Under the pieces are notes generated by a model that did no database searches, was not told the origin of the DNA, and saw only the letters and a program-made list of their open reading frames with translations. A DNA stretch of 64,000 nt from Squalus acanthias (Eukaryota): positions 1 to 64,000 of the forward strand of contig JASTWF010000362.1 of assembly GCA_030390025.1 (NCBI GenBank). The letters run 5' to 3'. The stretch's first letter is position 1; each line of letters begins with the position of its first letter. This document shows, piece after piece, positions 39,280 through 52,322 of this stretch. The position numbers were made by a program, and so were the translations under genes.

Positions 39280-39680
39280 AAATTGTGAGGACAGGTTGCA
39301 TAGACTAGGCTTGTATTCCCTCGAGTGTAGAAGATTAAGGGGTGATCTAATCGAGGTGTTTAAGGTGATTAAAGGAGTTGATCGGGTAGATAGGGAGAAA
39401 CTATTTCCTCTGGTGGGGGGAGTCCAGAACAAGGGGGCGTAAACCTTAAAATTAGAGCCAGGCCGTTCAGGGGTGATGTCAGGAAGCACTTCTTCACACA
39501 GAGGGCAGTGGAATTCTGGAACTCTCTCCCTGGGGGTCAATTGAAAATTGCTAGATTTCTGTTAGGTAAGGGTATCAAGGGATATAGAACCAGGGCGGGT
39601 AGATTGAGTTGAGATACAGTTCAACCATGATCTAATTGAATGGCAGAACAGGCCCGAGGGGCTGAATGGCCTGCTGTTCC
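39280..39680 (+). mobile_element. CR1 LINE 3' fragment
   Basis: agattaaggggtgatctaatcgaggtgtt... and tail ggggctgaatggcctgctgttcct. Confidence 0.85.
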
Positions 39681-40767
39681 TGTCTGTGTCTGTGTGTGTG
39701 TGTGTCTCTCTCTCTGTCTGTGTCTCTCTTTCTCTCTCTCTGTGTGTGTGTGTGTGTGTGTCTCTCTCTCTGTCTGTGTGTGTCTCCCTCTCTGTCTGTG
39801 TGTGTGTCTCTCTCTGTCTGTGTGTGTGTGTGTGTCTCTCTCTCTCTCTCTCTCTCTCTGTCTGTGTGTGTGTCTCTCTCTCTCTCTCTGTCTGTGTGTG
39901 TCTCTCTCTCTCTCTCTGCCTGTCTGTGTGTGTCTCTCTCTCTCTCTCTGTCTGTGTGTGTGTGTCTCTCTCTCTCTCTGCCTGTGTGTGTGTGTCTCTC
40001 TCTCTCTCTGTCTGTGTGTGTGTCTCTCTCTCTCTCTGTCTGTGTGTGTGTGTGTCTCTCTCTCTCTCTGTCTGTGTGTGTGTCTCTGTGTGTGTGTGTG
40101 TGTGTGTGTGTCTCTCTCTCTCTCTGTCTGTGTGTGTCTCTCTCTGTCTGTGTGTGTGTCTCTCTGTGTGTGTGTGTGTGTGTGTGTGTCTCTCTCTCTC
40201 TCTCTCTCTGTCTGTGTGTGTGTCTCTCTCCTCTCTGTCTGTGTGTGTGTGTCTCTCTGTGTGTGTGTCTCTCTCTCTCTGTCTGTGTGTGTGTGTCTCT
40301 CTCTCTGTCTGTGTGTGTCTCTCTCTCTCTCTCTGTGTGTGTGTCTCTCTCTCTGTCTGTGTGTGTGTCTCTCTCTCTCTCTCTGTCTGTGTGTCTCTCT
40401 CTCTGTCTGTGTGTCTCTCTCTCTCTGTCTGTGTGTGTCTCTCTCTCTCCTCTCTCTCTCTCTGTCTGTGTGTGTGTCTCTCTCTCTCTCTCTGTCTGTG
40501 TGTGTGTGTCTCTCTCTCTGTCTGTGTGTCTCTCTCTCTCTGTCTGTGTGTGTGTGTCTCTCTCTCTCTCTGTCTGTGTGTGTGTGTCTCTCTCTCTCTG
40601 TCTGTGTGTGTGTGTGTCTCTCTCTCTGTCTGTGTGTGTGTGTTTGTCTCTCTCTCTCTGTCTGTGTGTGTGTGTGTGTCTCTCTCTCTCTCTCTCTCTC
40701 TGTCTGTGTGTGTGTGTGTCTCTCTCTCTCTCTGTCTGTGTGTGTGTGTCTCTCTCTCTCTGTCTGT

Positions 40768-40805
<38 letters not shown>

Positions 40806-40834
40806 GTGTGTGTGTCTCTCTCTCTGTGTGTGTG

Positions 40835-40865
<31 letters not shown>

Positions 40866-40874
40866 GTGTGTGTG

Positions 40875-40937
<63 letters not shown>

Positions 40938-40962
40938 GTGTGTGTCTCTGTCTGTGTTTGTG
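39680..40962. repeat. ~1.3 kb compound (TG)n(TC)n microsatellite
   Basis: Seen directly. It is the source of the 426-456 aa low-complexity ORFs. Confidence 0.97.
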
Positions 40963-41874
40963 TTAACACTACAAGGCCTTACTGCAGTGACACAATTGTA
41001 ACGGATCGTGGACTGGGGATGTGAGTGTGAGCAAGCGTGCCCCAGATTGAGTCAAACCGGCATCAGGCTCAAATACCCAGTGAGTAAATGGTGCCTGAGA
41101 GTGTCTGTGTGTTTTTGATCTTTAGGAAATAATTGGGAGGAATCCCATTCTGAACTCCACTCAATCCTGGGGCCTTTTGAGCTGAATGTAATGCAGATTG
41201 GTAATGGGAAACGATTGATTTTAAATGAGCCAGTTCTGGCCAGCCGGGGAGCGCTGTTTCACAGTGTCGGGGATTGCTGTGTTCAGGCCAAGCGACCCCT
41301 CTCTGTGTCTGGCAGCTCTCCAGCCCCATTGTTCAGCTTTGGATTCTAGCATTTATTAATATTCTTCTCCCACAACTACTTAGATTACAACCCCATTTTT
41401 CAAATTGAGTAATGTCATTAGGTATATTATAATCTCTGACTCATTAAACTCCCTGATGGTGTACAGGGCTATGCCACTCTGCGCTGAGGAACTTTCTCTG
41501 CTCCTTCCCGGTGTCTCGAGAACACTGCCAGAGTTTTTGCAACGTATCCAACCTGTCTCTGCCGCCCGCCCCCACCCCAAGGCATTTCCTTCTTGCTGGA
41601 GTACAGTACAGCTGGATTTGATTGCTATCTCTGGTACCATTATTCATGCAAGCACTGACTGAGAGTGTCAGCAGCTGTTTGGCTGTGGGAGGCATCCTGA
41701 CTAGTCTGATGTTGTCCATGTCCATGGATGCCCACTTTTCCACCAGGGGTTACTGGGGGACGCCCTCCTGTCTTTCACTGCTGCTTGCACAGGAGCTGTT
41801 AGTATGGCTGTTTCCCCTCTCCACACTCCTCCGCGCCTACAGTGTTGGTTAAGGGGCGTAAAAGCTCCCACTCT

Positions 41875-43135
41875 TTTACATCCACCTGAGAGAGCAGGCG
41901 GGGCCTCAGTTTAACGTCTCATCCGAAAGACGGCCCCTCCGACAGTGTGGCGCTCCCTCAGCACTGCTCCTCCGGCAGTACTGCGCTCCCTCAGCACTGC
42001 TCCTCCGACAGTGTGGCGCTCTCTCAGCACTGCCCCTCCGACAGTGCGGCGCTCTCTCAGCACTGCCCCTCCGACAGTGCGGCGCTCTCTCAGCACTGCC
42101 CCTCCGACAGTGCGGCGCTCTCTCAGCACTGCCCCTCCGACAGTGCGGCGCTCTCTCAGCACTGCCCCTCCGACAGTGCGGCGCTCTCTCAGCACTGCCC
42201 CTCCGACAGTGCGGCGCGCTCTCAGCACTGCCCCTCCGACAGTGCGGCGCTCTCTCAGCACTGCCCCTCCGACAGTGCGGCGCTCTCTCAGCACTGCCCC
42301 TCCGACAGTGCGGCGCTCCCTCAGCGCGGCCCCTCCGACAGTGCGGCGCTCCCTCAGCGCGGCCCCTCCGACAGTGCGGCGCTCCCTCAGCACTGCCCCT
42401 CCGACAGTGCGGCGCTCCCTCAGTACTGCCCCTCCGACAGTGCGGCGCTCCCTCAGTGCTGCCCCTCCGACATTGCAGCGCTCCCTCAGTGCTGCCCCTC
42501 CGACATTGCAGCGCTCCCTCAGTACTGCCCCTCCAACAGTGCAGCGCTCCCTCAGTGCGGCCCCTCCGACATTGCAGCGCTTCCTCAGTACTGCCCCTCC
42601 GACATTGCAGCGCTCCCTCAGTACTGCCCCTCCGACAGTGCAGCACTCCCTCAGTGTGGCCCCTCCGACAGTGCGGCGCTCCCTCAGTGCGGCCCCTCCG
42701 ACAGTGCGGTGCTCCCTCAGTGCGGCCCCTCCGACAGTGCGGCGCTCCCTCAGTACTGCCCCTCCGACATTCCAGCACTCCCTCAGTACTGCTCCTCCCG
42801 ACAGTGCGGCGCTCCCTCAGTACAGCCCCTCCGACAGTGCAGCGCTCCCTCAGTACTGCCCCTCCGACAGTGCAGCACTCCCTCAGTGTGGCCCCTCCGA
42901 CAGTGCGGTGCTCCCTCAGTGCGGCCCCTCCGACAGTGCGGCGCTCCCTCAGTACTGCCCCTCCGACAGTGCAGCACTCCCTCAGTACTGTCCCTCTGAC
43001 AGTGCGGCAGTCCCTCAGTACTGCACTGGGAGTGTCAACCTGGATTGCGGGCTCAAATCTCTGGAGTGGGGACTCGAACCCACCGACGTTCTCACTCGAA
43101 CGCGAGAGCGCTACACCCGGAGCTGCGGCTGACAC
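41875..43135 (-). mobile_element. DeuSINE copy containing ~33 tandem 33-bp units (41934-43023)
   Basis: SINE body upstream and SINE head downstream of the array. Confidence 0.88.
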
Positions 43136-45474
43136 ACTGAGAGTGTCGGTGCCACTTGAGTTTGCCCCAGCGGCTGTGCCCTCCACTGCCGTTGGCACAG
43201 CGGTGGAGAGCTGATCCGCGCCACGCTACCGTGATTTGTCGGATGGGGGGGGTGGGGGAAGAGATAACGACCGATTATATAAACTGGTGTTTCTATTTTG
43301 TGTTTCTTATCCACAGCAAATCGGCTTCCTGGCAGCTAAACTGTCATCAGCGTTGGCAGCTCTGTGGGAGGCGGTAATTTGCTGATGAACACAGCTGCTA
43401 AGAGGAAGTGTTGCAGTGAATGAGGGCATTGATGGCACACGGGCTGGGGCAGGGACCACTGGACGGGGGGCTTGGCATCCACGTGGCCGGGACCCCCTGG
43501 GCCGACCAGGGGGGCCAGGACCCACGGGGCTGGGTGTCCCTTCCAAAGACAATCGGCAAACTGAAATGTAACCCTGGAATCGGTTGATAATTATGGATTC
43601 TTATGATTCCACGGCAGGGAGATAGAATTCTTAATTTTCCTGCTTAAATGTTTTTTTTAAATGTAAATCTCTGGCAATTAAAGGGAATGTTCCATGCAGG
43701 AAGGCCTGTAATTCTCACTTTTTTTTTTCCAGACACCTACATTCTATGTTATTTTGTTCTGCTCTCCTTCAATATAAACTCAAAGGCACGGAAAGAATAT
43801 AATCATTCCTTGAATTATAAAACCTTTTCTCTGCTTTCTTGCCGTAGCCTCTAGATGAATTCCCAGGGCACTTTGATTAATAATAATTTATGATGGTAAA
43901 AGGTTGATGGAAAATGCATGTAGCCGTCAGATTATTAATGTTTTGCGGATATAGAAAACAGCAAAGTGGATTTTGCTCTCTCGCTCTCTCTCGCTCTCTC
44001 TCCTTCCTCTCTCGTTCTCTCTCTCCCTCTCTCTCTCCTTCCTTCCTCTCTCTCTCCCTTTCTCTCTCCCTCTCTCCTTCCTTCCTCTCTCTCTCTTGCT
44101 CTCCTTCCTGTGCCGGCTCTTTGAAAGAGCCCTCCAATTAGTCCCACTCCCCCCTGCTCTTTTCCTGTAGCCCTGCAAATTTATTCTTTGCAAGTATTTA
44201 TCCAATTCACTTTTGAAAGTTACTATTGAATCTGCTTCCACCGCCCTTTCAGGCAGCGCATTCCAGATCACAACAACTCTATGTTTAAAAAAAAAAAAAA
44301 AATTCTCCCCATCTCCCCCTGGCTTTTTTTGACAATGATTCTAAATCTGGGTCCTCTGATTACCGACCCTCCTATCGCTGGAAACAGTTTCTCCTTGTTT
44401 ACTCTATTAAAAAGCCCTTGTGTGTGTGTGTGAAAAATATATATATATATTGATGGATTGGGCAGCATTGTGTGAATTAGCCACCTTTTGAGGTGATTAA
44501 TAGCTAATGTTTTATTTTACAGTTAACATAACGTCAGGGAAATCCCCAAGGCGCTGTTACAGATCAAACTTCTGCATTTCCAGCCATTCCAACGTCCCTG
44601 CCAAATTTTGTAGAACTTAACTTGAAGCGTTTCATTAAACCCAGTTGAGTTAATCTTCCTTTTCCTGACGGGACTTTGGCACAAACAGAGCGAGAGAGGA
44701 GAAGCTGTATCTTGCTTCACATCCTTCATTCACTAAAAACTGATCATTTCTGGAAGGTTGGGCCAGCCTGGAGGTGTATCGATTTCTCTAGTATTCTAAT
44801 AGTATAATTCAGACGAGGCAAAATGGGTGTTTTGCTCCCTCTTACCCGCCCCTCTCTTTGTACAGCCTAGTGTTCTACCAAGATAGATGAAGCTCTCCCA
44901 CTTGGGTCTGAGTGATACCAGAACTGGGAGTTCAACAACAACTTGTATTTATAGAGCGCCAACAACAGCAACATGCGTTTCCGTAGCAATATGTGGCAGG
45001 ACAGTTCACCTGAGGCATAAGGGGAGCCAAAGGAGATATTGGGAGCGGTCACCAACAGCTTGGTCAAAGGATGGCCATTAGAGGTGGAGGGATTCAAAGA
45101 GGAGAATTCCAGAGAGTGGAGTCTAGGAAACTGAAGGTTCGGCCACCAATGGTGGGGAGGTTGCACAAGAGGCTGGAGTGAGGGAACTCGAGAGTCTGGG
45201 GCAGGGGGGGGAGGGGGTTGTGGAGCTGGAGGAGGTCAGAGATGGGGAGGGATGAGGCCATGGGTGGATTTAAATAGGATGAGCATTTTAAACTTGAGGC
45301 ATTGGGATACGAGGAGACAATGTAGGTCAATGAGGACATTAGGGGACCAGGAGCCAATGTAGGTCAGTGAAGACAGGGATGATAGATGAGTGGGATAGGA
45401 TATGGACAGCAGAATTTTGGATGAGTTGAAGGTGGCAGATGAGCCCAACCATGAGAGCATTGGAATAGTCAAAT

Positions 45475-46550
45475 CAGAAAACAGAGAGTAGGAATAAATG
45501 GGTCATTTTCGGGTTGGCAGGCTGTAACTAGTGGGGTGCCGCAAGGATCAGTGCTTGGGCCTCAGCTATTTACAATTTACATCAATGATTTGGATGAGGG
45601 GACCAAATGTAATATATCCAAATTTACTGCTGATACAAAGCTGGGTGGGAATGTAAGTTGTGAGGAGGATGCAAGGAGGCTTCAAGGGGATATAGACAGG
45701 CTAAGTGAGTGGGTAAGAACGTGGCAAATGGAATATAATGTGGAGAAATGTGAAGTTATCCACTTTGGTAGGAAAAATAGAAAAGCAGAGTATTTTTTAA
45801 ATGGTGAGAGATTGGGAAATGTTGGTGTTCAGGGGGACCTGGGTGTCCTTGTACAGGAATCACTGAAAGTTAACATGCAGGTACAACAAGCAATTTGGAA
45901 AGCAAATGGTATGTTGGTCTTTATTACAAGAGGATTTGAGTATAAGAGTAAAGACGTCTTACTGCAATTATATAGGGCCCTGGTGAGACCACACCTGGAG
46001 TATTGTGTACAGTTTTGGTCTCTTTACCCAAGGAAGGATATACTTGCCATAGAGGGAGTGCAACGAAGGTTCACCAGACTGATTCCTGGGATGGGGGGGA
46101 TTGTCCTATGAGGACAGATTGAGTAGACTAGGCCTATATTCTGTGGAGTTTAGAAGAATGAGAGGTGATCTCATTGAAACATACAAAATTCTTACAGGAC
46201 TTGACAGGGTAGATGCTGGGAGGATGTTTCCCCTGGCTGGGGAGTCTAGAACCAGGGGTTACAGTCTCCGAATAAGGGGTCGGCCGTTTAGGACTGAGAT
46301 GAGGAGAAATTTCTTCATTCAGAGGGTGGTGAATCTTTGGAATTCTCTACCCCAGAGGGCTGTGGAGGCTCAGTCATTGAGTATATTCAAGACAGAGATC
46401 GATAGATTTTTGAATATTAATGGTATCAAGGGATATGGGGATAGTTCAGGAAAGTGGAGATGAGGTAGAAGATCAGCCATGATCTTATTGAATGGCGGAG
46501 CAGGCTCGAGGGGCCGAATGGCCGACTCCAGCTCCTATTTCTTATGTTAT
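45475..46550 (+). mobile_element. CR1 LINE RT fragment with frameshift and tail
   Basis: ORFs 45536..46111 and 46101..46463 (PQGSVLGP, degenerate FTAD for FADD). Confidence 0.93.
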
Positions 46551-48139
46551 GTTGGTGACCAAGTCCTGACTCTGGTTTTGGCCCCAGATGGGATGAAGTC
46601 GGGGCAGCGGCGTGCAATGTTATGGAATTAGTGATAGATGAGGTTGGAAGCTCAGCCCAGCGTCAAATTTAAGATCAGGATCAAGAATGCTGAAGTTGCA
46701 AACATTCTGGTTCAGCAAACGCCACAAGGCACTTCAGAGGAGAGAAAGGGAATGGATCGAAGCCACAAGTGGGAGAGTTAGGGAAAGTGGCTGAAAGCTT
46801 GGTTGAAACATTGGGTTTTAAGAAGTTTTTTTTTTTAAGAGAGTGAAGTGGAAAGAGAGGAGTTTCGGGAAGGAGTTCTAGAGTAGGACTGAGGCACTGA
46901 AGACTATGCCAGGAATGGGTGGGTGGTGGGAAGCACAGGAAGACAAGGTCAGGACCAAAGATGCAGGAGCAGACACAAGTACTAGAGGAGGTGCAAGATG
47001 CATTGAATTTAAAATCTTTTGTCATCTTCAAGTCCCTCCATGGCCTTCATCTCAACAGATTGCAAGCAGGGGTAAAACCCAGGATATGAGAGAGAGAGAG
47101 AGAGAAAAAGAGAGGGAGACAATCTAGATCAGCAAGGAAAGGGGTATTGGACGAGCAGCTTTGGGTGCGGGGCACAATACGGGCAACTGAGTGTTGGGCA
47201 AGTTGGAGATCATGGGCGAAAGCCATTGGAGAATTCTGGTCTCGCGGGGACAAAGTGTGGGTCGAGGTTTTCGCGGGCGGTGCTGGTGAGAGAGGGGCAG
47301 GGGAAGCCAGTGTTGTGAAGGTGGAAGCAATAAGTCTCGGTGATGGACGGGATGTGGAGTTTGATGCGCAGCTCAGGACACCAGGGTTTTGTACAGCCTG
47401 AAGTGAGTGGGTCTTGCAAGGGGGTGGAGTTGATGGAGTCGGCTGAAAACTCTGGCGTTGGTCTTCCCCATGTTCAGCTGGAGGAAATGTTGACAGGGAG
47501 AATAGGATTAAGGTGTGGATGAGTTCATCTAGCAAATTGGCCCGACTCTCAAAACTGCTTGTTGCATTTATCGAGTTATTTAAACATAGCCCTAGAAAAG
47601 ATGGCCGGAAGCGGGAGTGTGTTGGACCAGGAGACCAAAGCTCTCAAAGAGAAGATTTGTGCTGTCTCTAACAGGTCAGCTTTCAAAAGAGAGGAAAATG
47701 GATAATGAAGCAGGAGTTCTTCCTGCTTCCGGAATGATCTAGAACAGGAAGAAGTAACAATCTAATAGAAACCTTGTTTAAAAAGAAACGGCGACACACA
47801 TTGGCACACCTTGTACGGAGCTGTCAGAATGTGTGAGTGTCCTCTTTGTGGGGTCTGCGTGGTGTGTGTTTGTGTGGGATCAGTGAGAAATGCTGGTGGT
47901 TTGTCTGTTTCTTCTATAGTTGAAGAGGAAATTTCAGATCTGTGTTGGTATTAATATTTCTTTTGAGTCTTTCTCTCCCCCTTTCGCTCCTCTCTTTCGC
48001 TCCTCCCTCTCTCACTCCTCTCTTTCCCCCTTTCGCTCCTCTCTTTCTTTTGTTCCTCTCCTCCCTCCCTCTCGCTCCTCCCTCTCTCTCTTGCTCCTCC
48101 CTCTCTCTTTCGCTCCTCTCTTTCTCACTTTCGCTCCTC

Positions 48140-48182
<43 letters not shown>

Positions 48183-48189
48183 CCCCCTC

Positions 48190-49305
48190 TCCTACTGTGG
48201 TTGACACGGTCCTCGACCGTGTCCGTTCTATCTCCCGCATTTCTGCCCTCACCCCTGCCCCTCCCTCCCGGAACCACGATAGAGTTCCCCTTGTCCTCAC
48301 CTTTCACCCCACCAGCCTCCACATTCAACGGATCATTTTCCGCCATTTCTGCCACCTCCAGCGTGATCCCACCACCAAACGCATCTTCCCCTCACCTCCC
48401 CTTTCAGCATTCCGCAGGGACCGCTCCCTCCGCGACACCCTGGTTCACTCCTCTACCACCCCCAGCACCCCTTCCCCTTCGCCCGGCACCTTCCCATGCA
48501 AGCGCAGGAGATGCTACACATGCCCTTATACCTCCCCCCTTCCCACTGTCCAGGGCCCCAAACACCCCTTCCAGGTGGAACAGCGATTTACGTGTACTTC
48601 CTGCAATTTAGTATACTGTATTCGCTGCTCACGATGTGGTCTCCTCTACATTGGGGAGACCAGACGCAGATTGGGTGACCGCTTTGCGGAACACCTCCTT
48701 TCAGTCAGTAAGGGGGACCCCGAGCTCCCGGTGGCCTGTCACTTTAATTCACCGCTTCACTCCCACTCTGACCTCACTGTCCTCGGCCTCTTGCATTGTT
48801 TCACGGAAGCTCAGCGTAAGCTCGAGGAACAGCACCTCATCTTTCGTTTAGGCACGCTACAGCCTTCTGGACTCGACATAGAGTTCAACAATTTCAGATC
48901 ATAACCACGGCCCCTATCTCACATATATATATATTTCATCCACCAATTTGTTTGGCCCCCTTTTTTTTCTTCCCTCCCTGAAGCTGGCAGCTGTCCTTCA
49001 TTCTGCCAGCGCATTTCACACTTCATCTAGCCTCAACCTGTCACATTACCACCTCCTCTCGCCTTGAATATCTCTCAATGTCTCTTAATCTCTCCTGCCT
49101 TCTATCCTATCACTGACCTTCCCCTTTGTTCTTTCATCCCCTCCCCCTTTTCCCAGCATTATACTTGCTTTAAATCTATTTAATTTCCTGCTTTTTTCCA
49201 GTTCTGACGAAGGGTCTTCGACCTGAAACGTTAACTCTGTTTCTCAGTCCACGGATGCTGCCTGGCCTGCTGAGTTTTGCCAGCGTTTTCTGTTGTTATT
49301 TCTCT
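48190..49305 (+). mobile_element. Penelope-like retroelement 3' part: RT-EN linker, GIY-YIG endonuclease (ORF to 48904) and 3' terminal region
   Basis: RVPLVLTFHP, Cys-rich CKRRRCYTC, FTCTSCNLVYCIRCSRCGLLYIGETRRRLGDRFAEH, VACHFN and LEEQHLIFRLGTLQPSGLDIEF. The ORF's N-terminal ~80 aa are only a TC-rich tract. Confidence 0.92.
49200..49236 (+). ncRNA. Candidate minimal type I hammerhead ribozyme in the PLE 3' region
   Basis: AGTT-CTGACGA-(A)GGGTC-TTC-GACCT-GAAAC-GTT-AACT gives core CUGANGA/GAAA, stem II, a palindromic ACGU stem III and a 4-bp stem I. Confidence 0.65.
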
Positions 49306-49649
49306 CTTTCTTTCTTTATCTCTCTCTCTACGAAGCTGTAGTTGCTCTACATTCCCAGTTGTCATGTTTGCCTCATTTGAAATCTGCGGCTGGGATGAAA
49401 ACCCTGGTTTGTTTAAGATTCCCACGGCTATGATCTCCGGCCTACTTCCTCCCACGTTTGCCTGAGTGAGTGATTGCAGCAATTGATTTTCTGCAGAGTG
49501 CTCTGGGGTACCCGAGGGATGCGTTGGTATAAAATGCCAGGTTTTTGTCCTTCAACTAACGCAGCAGCAGACTCCCACCTGGCCTGTTCCACTTGGTGCT
49601 TTACACAGTACTTTGGTCTGAGGGGGTGCAGTATGTACAGGAGTACTCG

Positions 49650-50410
49650 ATTTTAAAATTCTCATCCTGGTTTTCAAGTCCCTCCATGGTCTTGCAAACT
49701 CCCTATCTCTGTAACCTCCTCTAGTCCTACAAACCTCCGAGATCTCTGCACTCCTCCAATTCTGGCCTCTTGCGCATCCCCGATTTTAATCACTCCACCA
49801 TTGGCGGCCGTGCCTTCAGCTGCCTGGGCCCTAAGCTCTGGAATTCCCTCCCTAAACCTCTCCGCCTCTCTCCTCCTTTAAGACGCTCCTTAATACCTAC
49901 CTCTTTGACCAAGCTTTTGGTCACCTGCCCCAATATCTCCTTATGTGGCTCGGTGTCGATTTTTGTTTAATAATCGCTCCTGTGAAGCCCCTTGGGACGT
50001 TTTACTACATTAATGGAGCTATCCCACTCCAGAGACTGGAGCACAAAAATCTAGGCTGACACTCCAGTGCAGTGCTGAGGGAGCGCCGCACTGTCGGATG
50101 AGACTTTAAACCGAGGCACCGTCTGCTCTCTCAGGTGGACATAAAAGATCCCGTGGCACTATTTCGAAGAAGAGCAGGGGAGTTCTCCCCGGTGTCCTGG
50201 GGCCAATATTTATCCCTCAAACAACATCACTAAAACAAATTATCTGCTCATTATCACATTGCTGTTTGTGGGAGCTTGCTGTGCGCAATTTGTCTGCTGC
50301 GTTTCCTACATTACAACAGTGACTACACTTCAATACTTCATTGGCTGTAAAGCGTTTTGGGACGTCCTGTGGTGGCGAAAGGCGCTATAGAAATGCAAGT
50401 CTTTCTTTCT
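49650..50410 (+). mobile_element. L2 tail (49650-50020) followed by a 5'-truncated DeuSINE (50022-50410)
   Basis: Matches other L2 and SINE copies in the window. Confidence 0.83.
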
Positions 50411-51124
50411 ATGTAAATGCCCGTTGTTGTTGCGTTCAGGTGTAAAACTCTTGCGCACTATAGTCTATATTAGGTGACTGCTCCGTGTAGTATGTGGTGG
50501 GGCTCCAACAAACTGTCCCACCGGCCAGTGAAGAGTCTCTGTTTTAATGATCAGCCCCTTTCGTGAAATCGGACCTAATGATATCTGATCAACCTCTTGT
50601 GACACAAGGACCTGGTAAGCAGAGGATTTCGACTGACTTGTGCTAAGCCAGGGCTGCAATAAAATCTCCTGAAAACCCACCAGTTTGGTTTTTTTTATGT
50701 GTGTGTATATGAGATGATCCATTTTCCCCGGGTTTTGCCCCTGCTTGTAATCTGTTAGATGGAGGGAGCGATTCGGTCTCCACTTGGCTGGTTTCCAGCA
50801 GCGATTCCAATTACAGAAGCACTCTCTGGGAGGAGGGTGGTGGGGGGCAGGGGTGAACGTTTCCTTCGGTGGCACACTGCGTGCTTTGCTTTTCATCGCT
50901 TGTTTGTCTTCCCCCAGTAGCAACGCACGAGTAATGCTTGGTGTCAAGGTATATTCACTGTCTTGAGGATCCGAGTTAATGGAACACTGCTCGAGTCTAA
51001 TTCATTTCTCCACTTTTCTATTCCAGGCAATGAGTGTTTTAATGGACTTCCGGCTGGGTGGTATTGGAGCTGAACATCTTTTATTCAGCATTCCTTTTCA
51101 ACGCAGTGACATGTGCAATAAGAA

Positions 51125-52322
51125 GTCTCAGCTGTTGCTCAGTGGATAGCAGCACTCTCGCCTCTGAGTCAGATGGCTGTGGGTTCAAGTCCCACTCCAG
51201 AGACTTGAGCACTTAATCTCAGCTGACACTCCAGTGCAGTGCTGAGGGAGTGCTGCACTGTCGGAGGTGCCGTCTTTCGGACGAGACGTTAAACCGAGGC
51301 CCCGTCTGCCCCCTCAGGTGGACATAAATGATCCCATGGCACTGTTTTGAAGAAGAGCAGGGGAGTTATCTATTTGGATGGTCTGAATTTTAAGAATTTA
51401 AAATTTACACTTCTCTTAGGAATTGAGTACTTGAGTTTCTTCATTTCTTGGAATCGACAGCCCACTCCAGAGACTTGACACTCCAGCGCAGTGTTGAGGG
51501 AGCGCCGCACTGTCGGAGGGGCAGTACTGAGGGAGCGCCGCACTGTCGGAGGGGCAGTACTGAGGGAGTGCCGCACTGTCGGAGAGGCAGTACTGAGGGA
51601 GCGCTGCACTGTCGGAGGGGCAGTACTGAGGGAGCGCCGCACTGTCGGAGGGGCAGTGCTGAGGGAGCGCCGCACTGTCGGAGGGGCAGTACTGAGGGAG
51701 CGCTGCACTGTCGGAGGGGCAGTGGTGGGGGAGCGCCACACTGTCGGAGGGGCAGTACTGAGGGAGCGGCGCACTGTCGGAGGGGCAGTGCTGGGGGAGC
51801 GCCGCACTGTCGGAGGGGCGGTACTGAGGGAGCACGGCACTGTCGGAGGGGCAGTACTGAGGGAGCGCCGCACTGTTGGAGGGGCAGTACTGAGGGAGCG
51901 CCGCACTGTTGGAGGGTGCCGTCTTTCGGATGAGAAGTTAAACCGAGGCCCCGTCTGCCCCCTCGGGTGAATATAAAAGATCTCATGGCCACTATTTCGA
52001 AGAAGAGCTGGGACGTTCTCCCCAATGTCCTGACCTAATATTTATCCCTCAAACAATATCACTAAGAAAAACAGATTGTCCGGCACTATTTCAAAGAGCA
52101 GAGGAGTTATCTCCCCGGTGTCCTGACCAATATTTATCACTAAAAACAGATGATCTGGTCATTTATCTCATTGCTGTCTGTGGGACCTTGCCATGCGCAA
52201 ATTGGCGGCCGCATTTTCCTGCAGTGACTACACTTTTAAATGTACTTCATTGGCTGTAAAGCGCTTTGGGACGTCCTGAGGTCGTGAAAGGTGCTATATA
52301 AATGCAAGTTCGTTTGTTCTTT
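51125..52322 (+). mobile_element. Two DeuSINE copies; the second contains ~13 tandem 33-bp units (51488-51915)
   Basis: Head at 51125-51200; array of gagggagcgccgcactgtcggaggggcagtact; tail at ~52310. Confidence 0.85.

Noticed and set aside
39562..41024. 426-456 aa ER/TH- or SL/CV-rich ORFs
   Set aside because: Dinucleotide microsatellite translations.
41906..43214. Long repetitive ORFs and a CRISPR-like regular array
   Set aside because: The 33-bp units are head-to-tail with no unique spacers, lie inside a SINE, and have no cas genes nearby. The context is eukaryotic.
47942..48904. 320-aa ORF as a domesticated GIY-YIG nuclease gene
   Set aside because: The N-terminus is a TC-rich tract with a non-ATG start. 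The rest is a 5'-truncated Penelope-like element with its own 3' terminus, and there is no evidence of exonisation.
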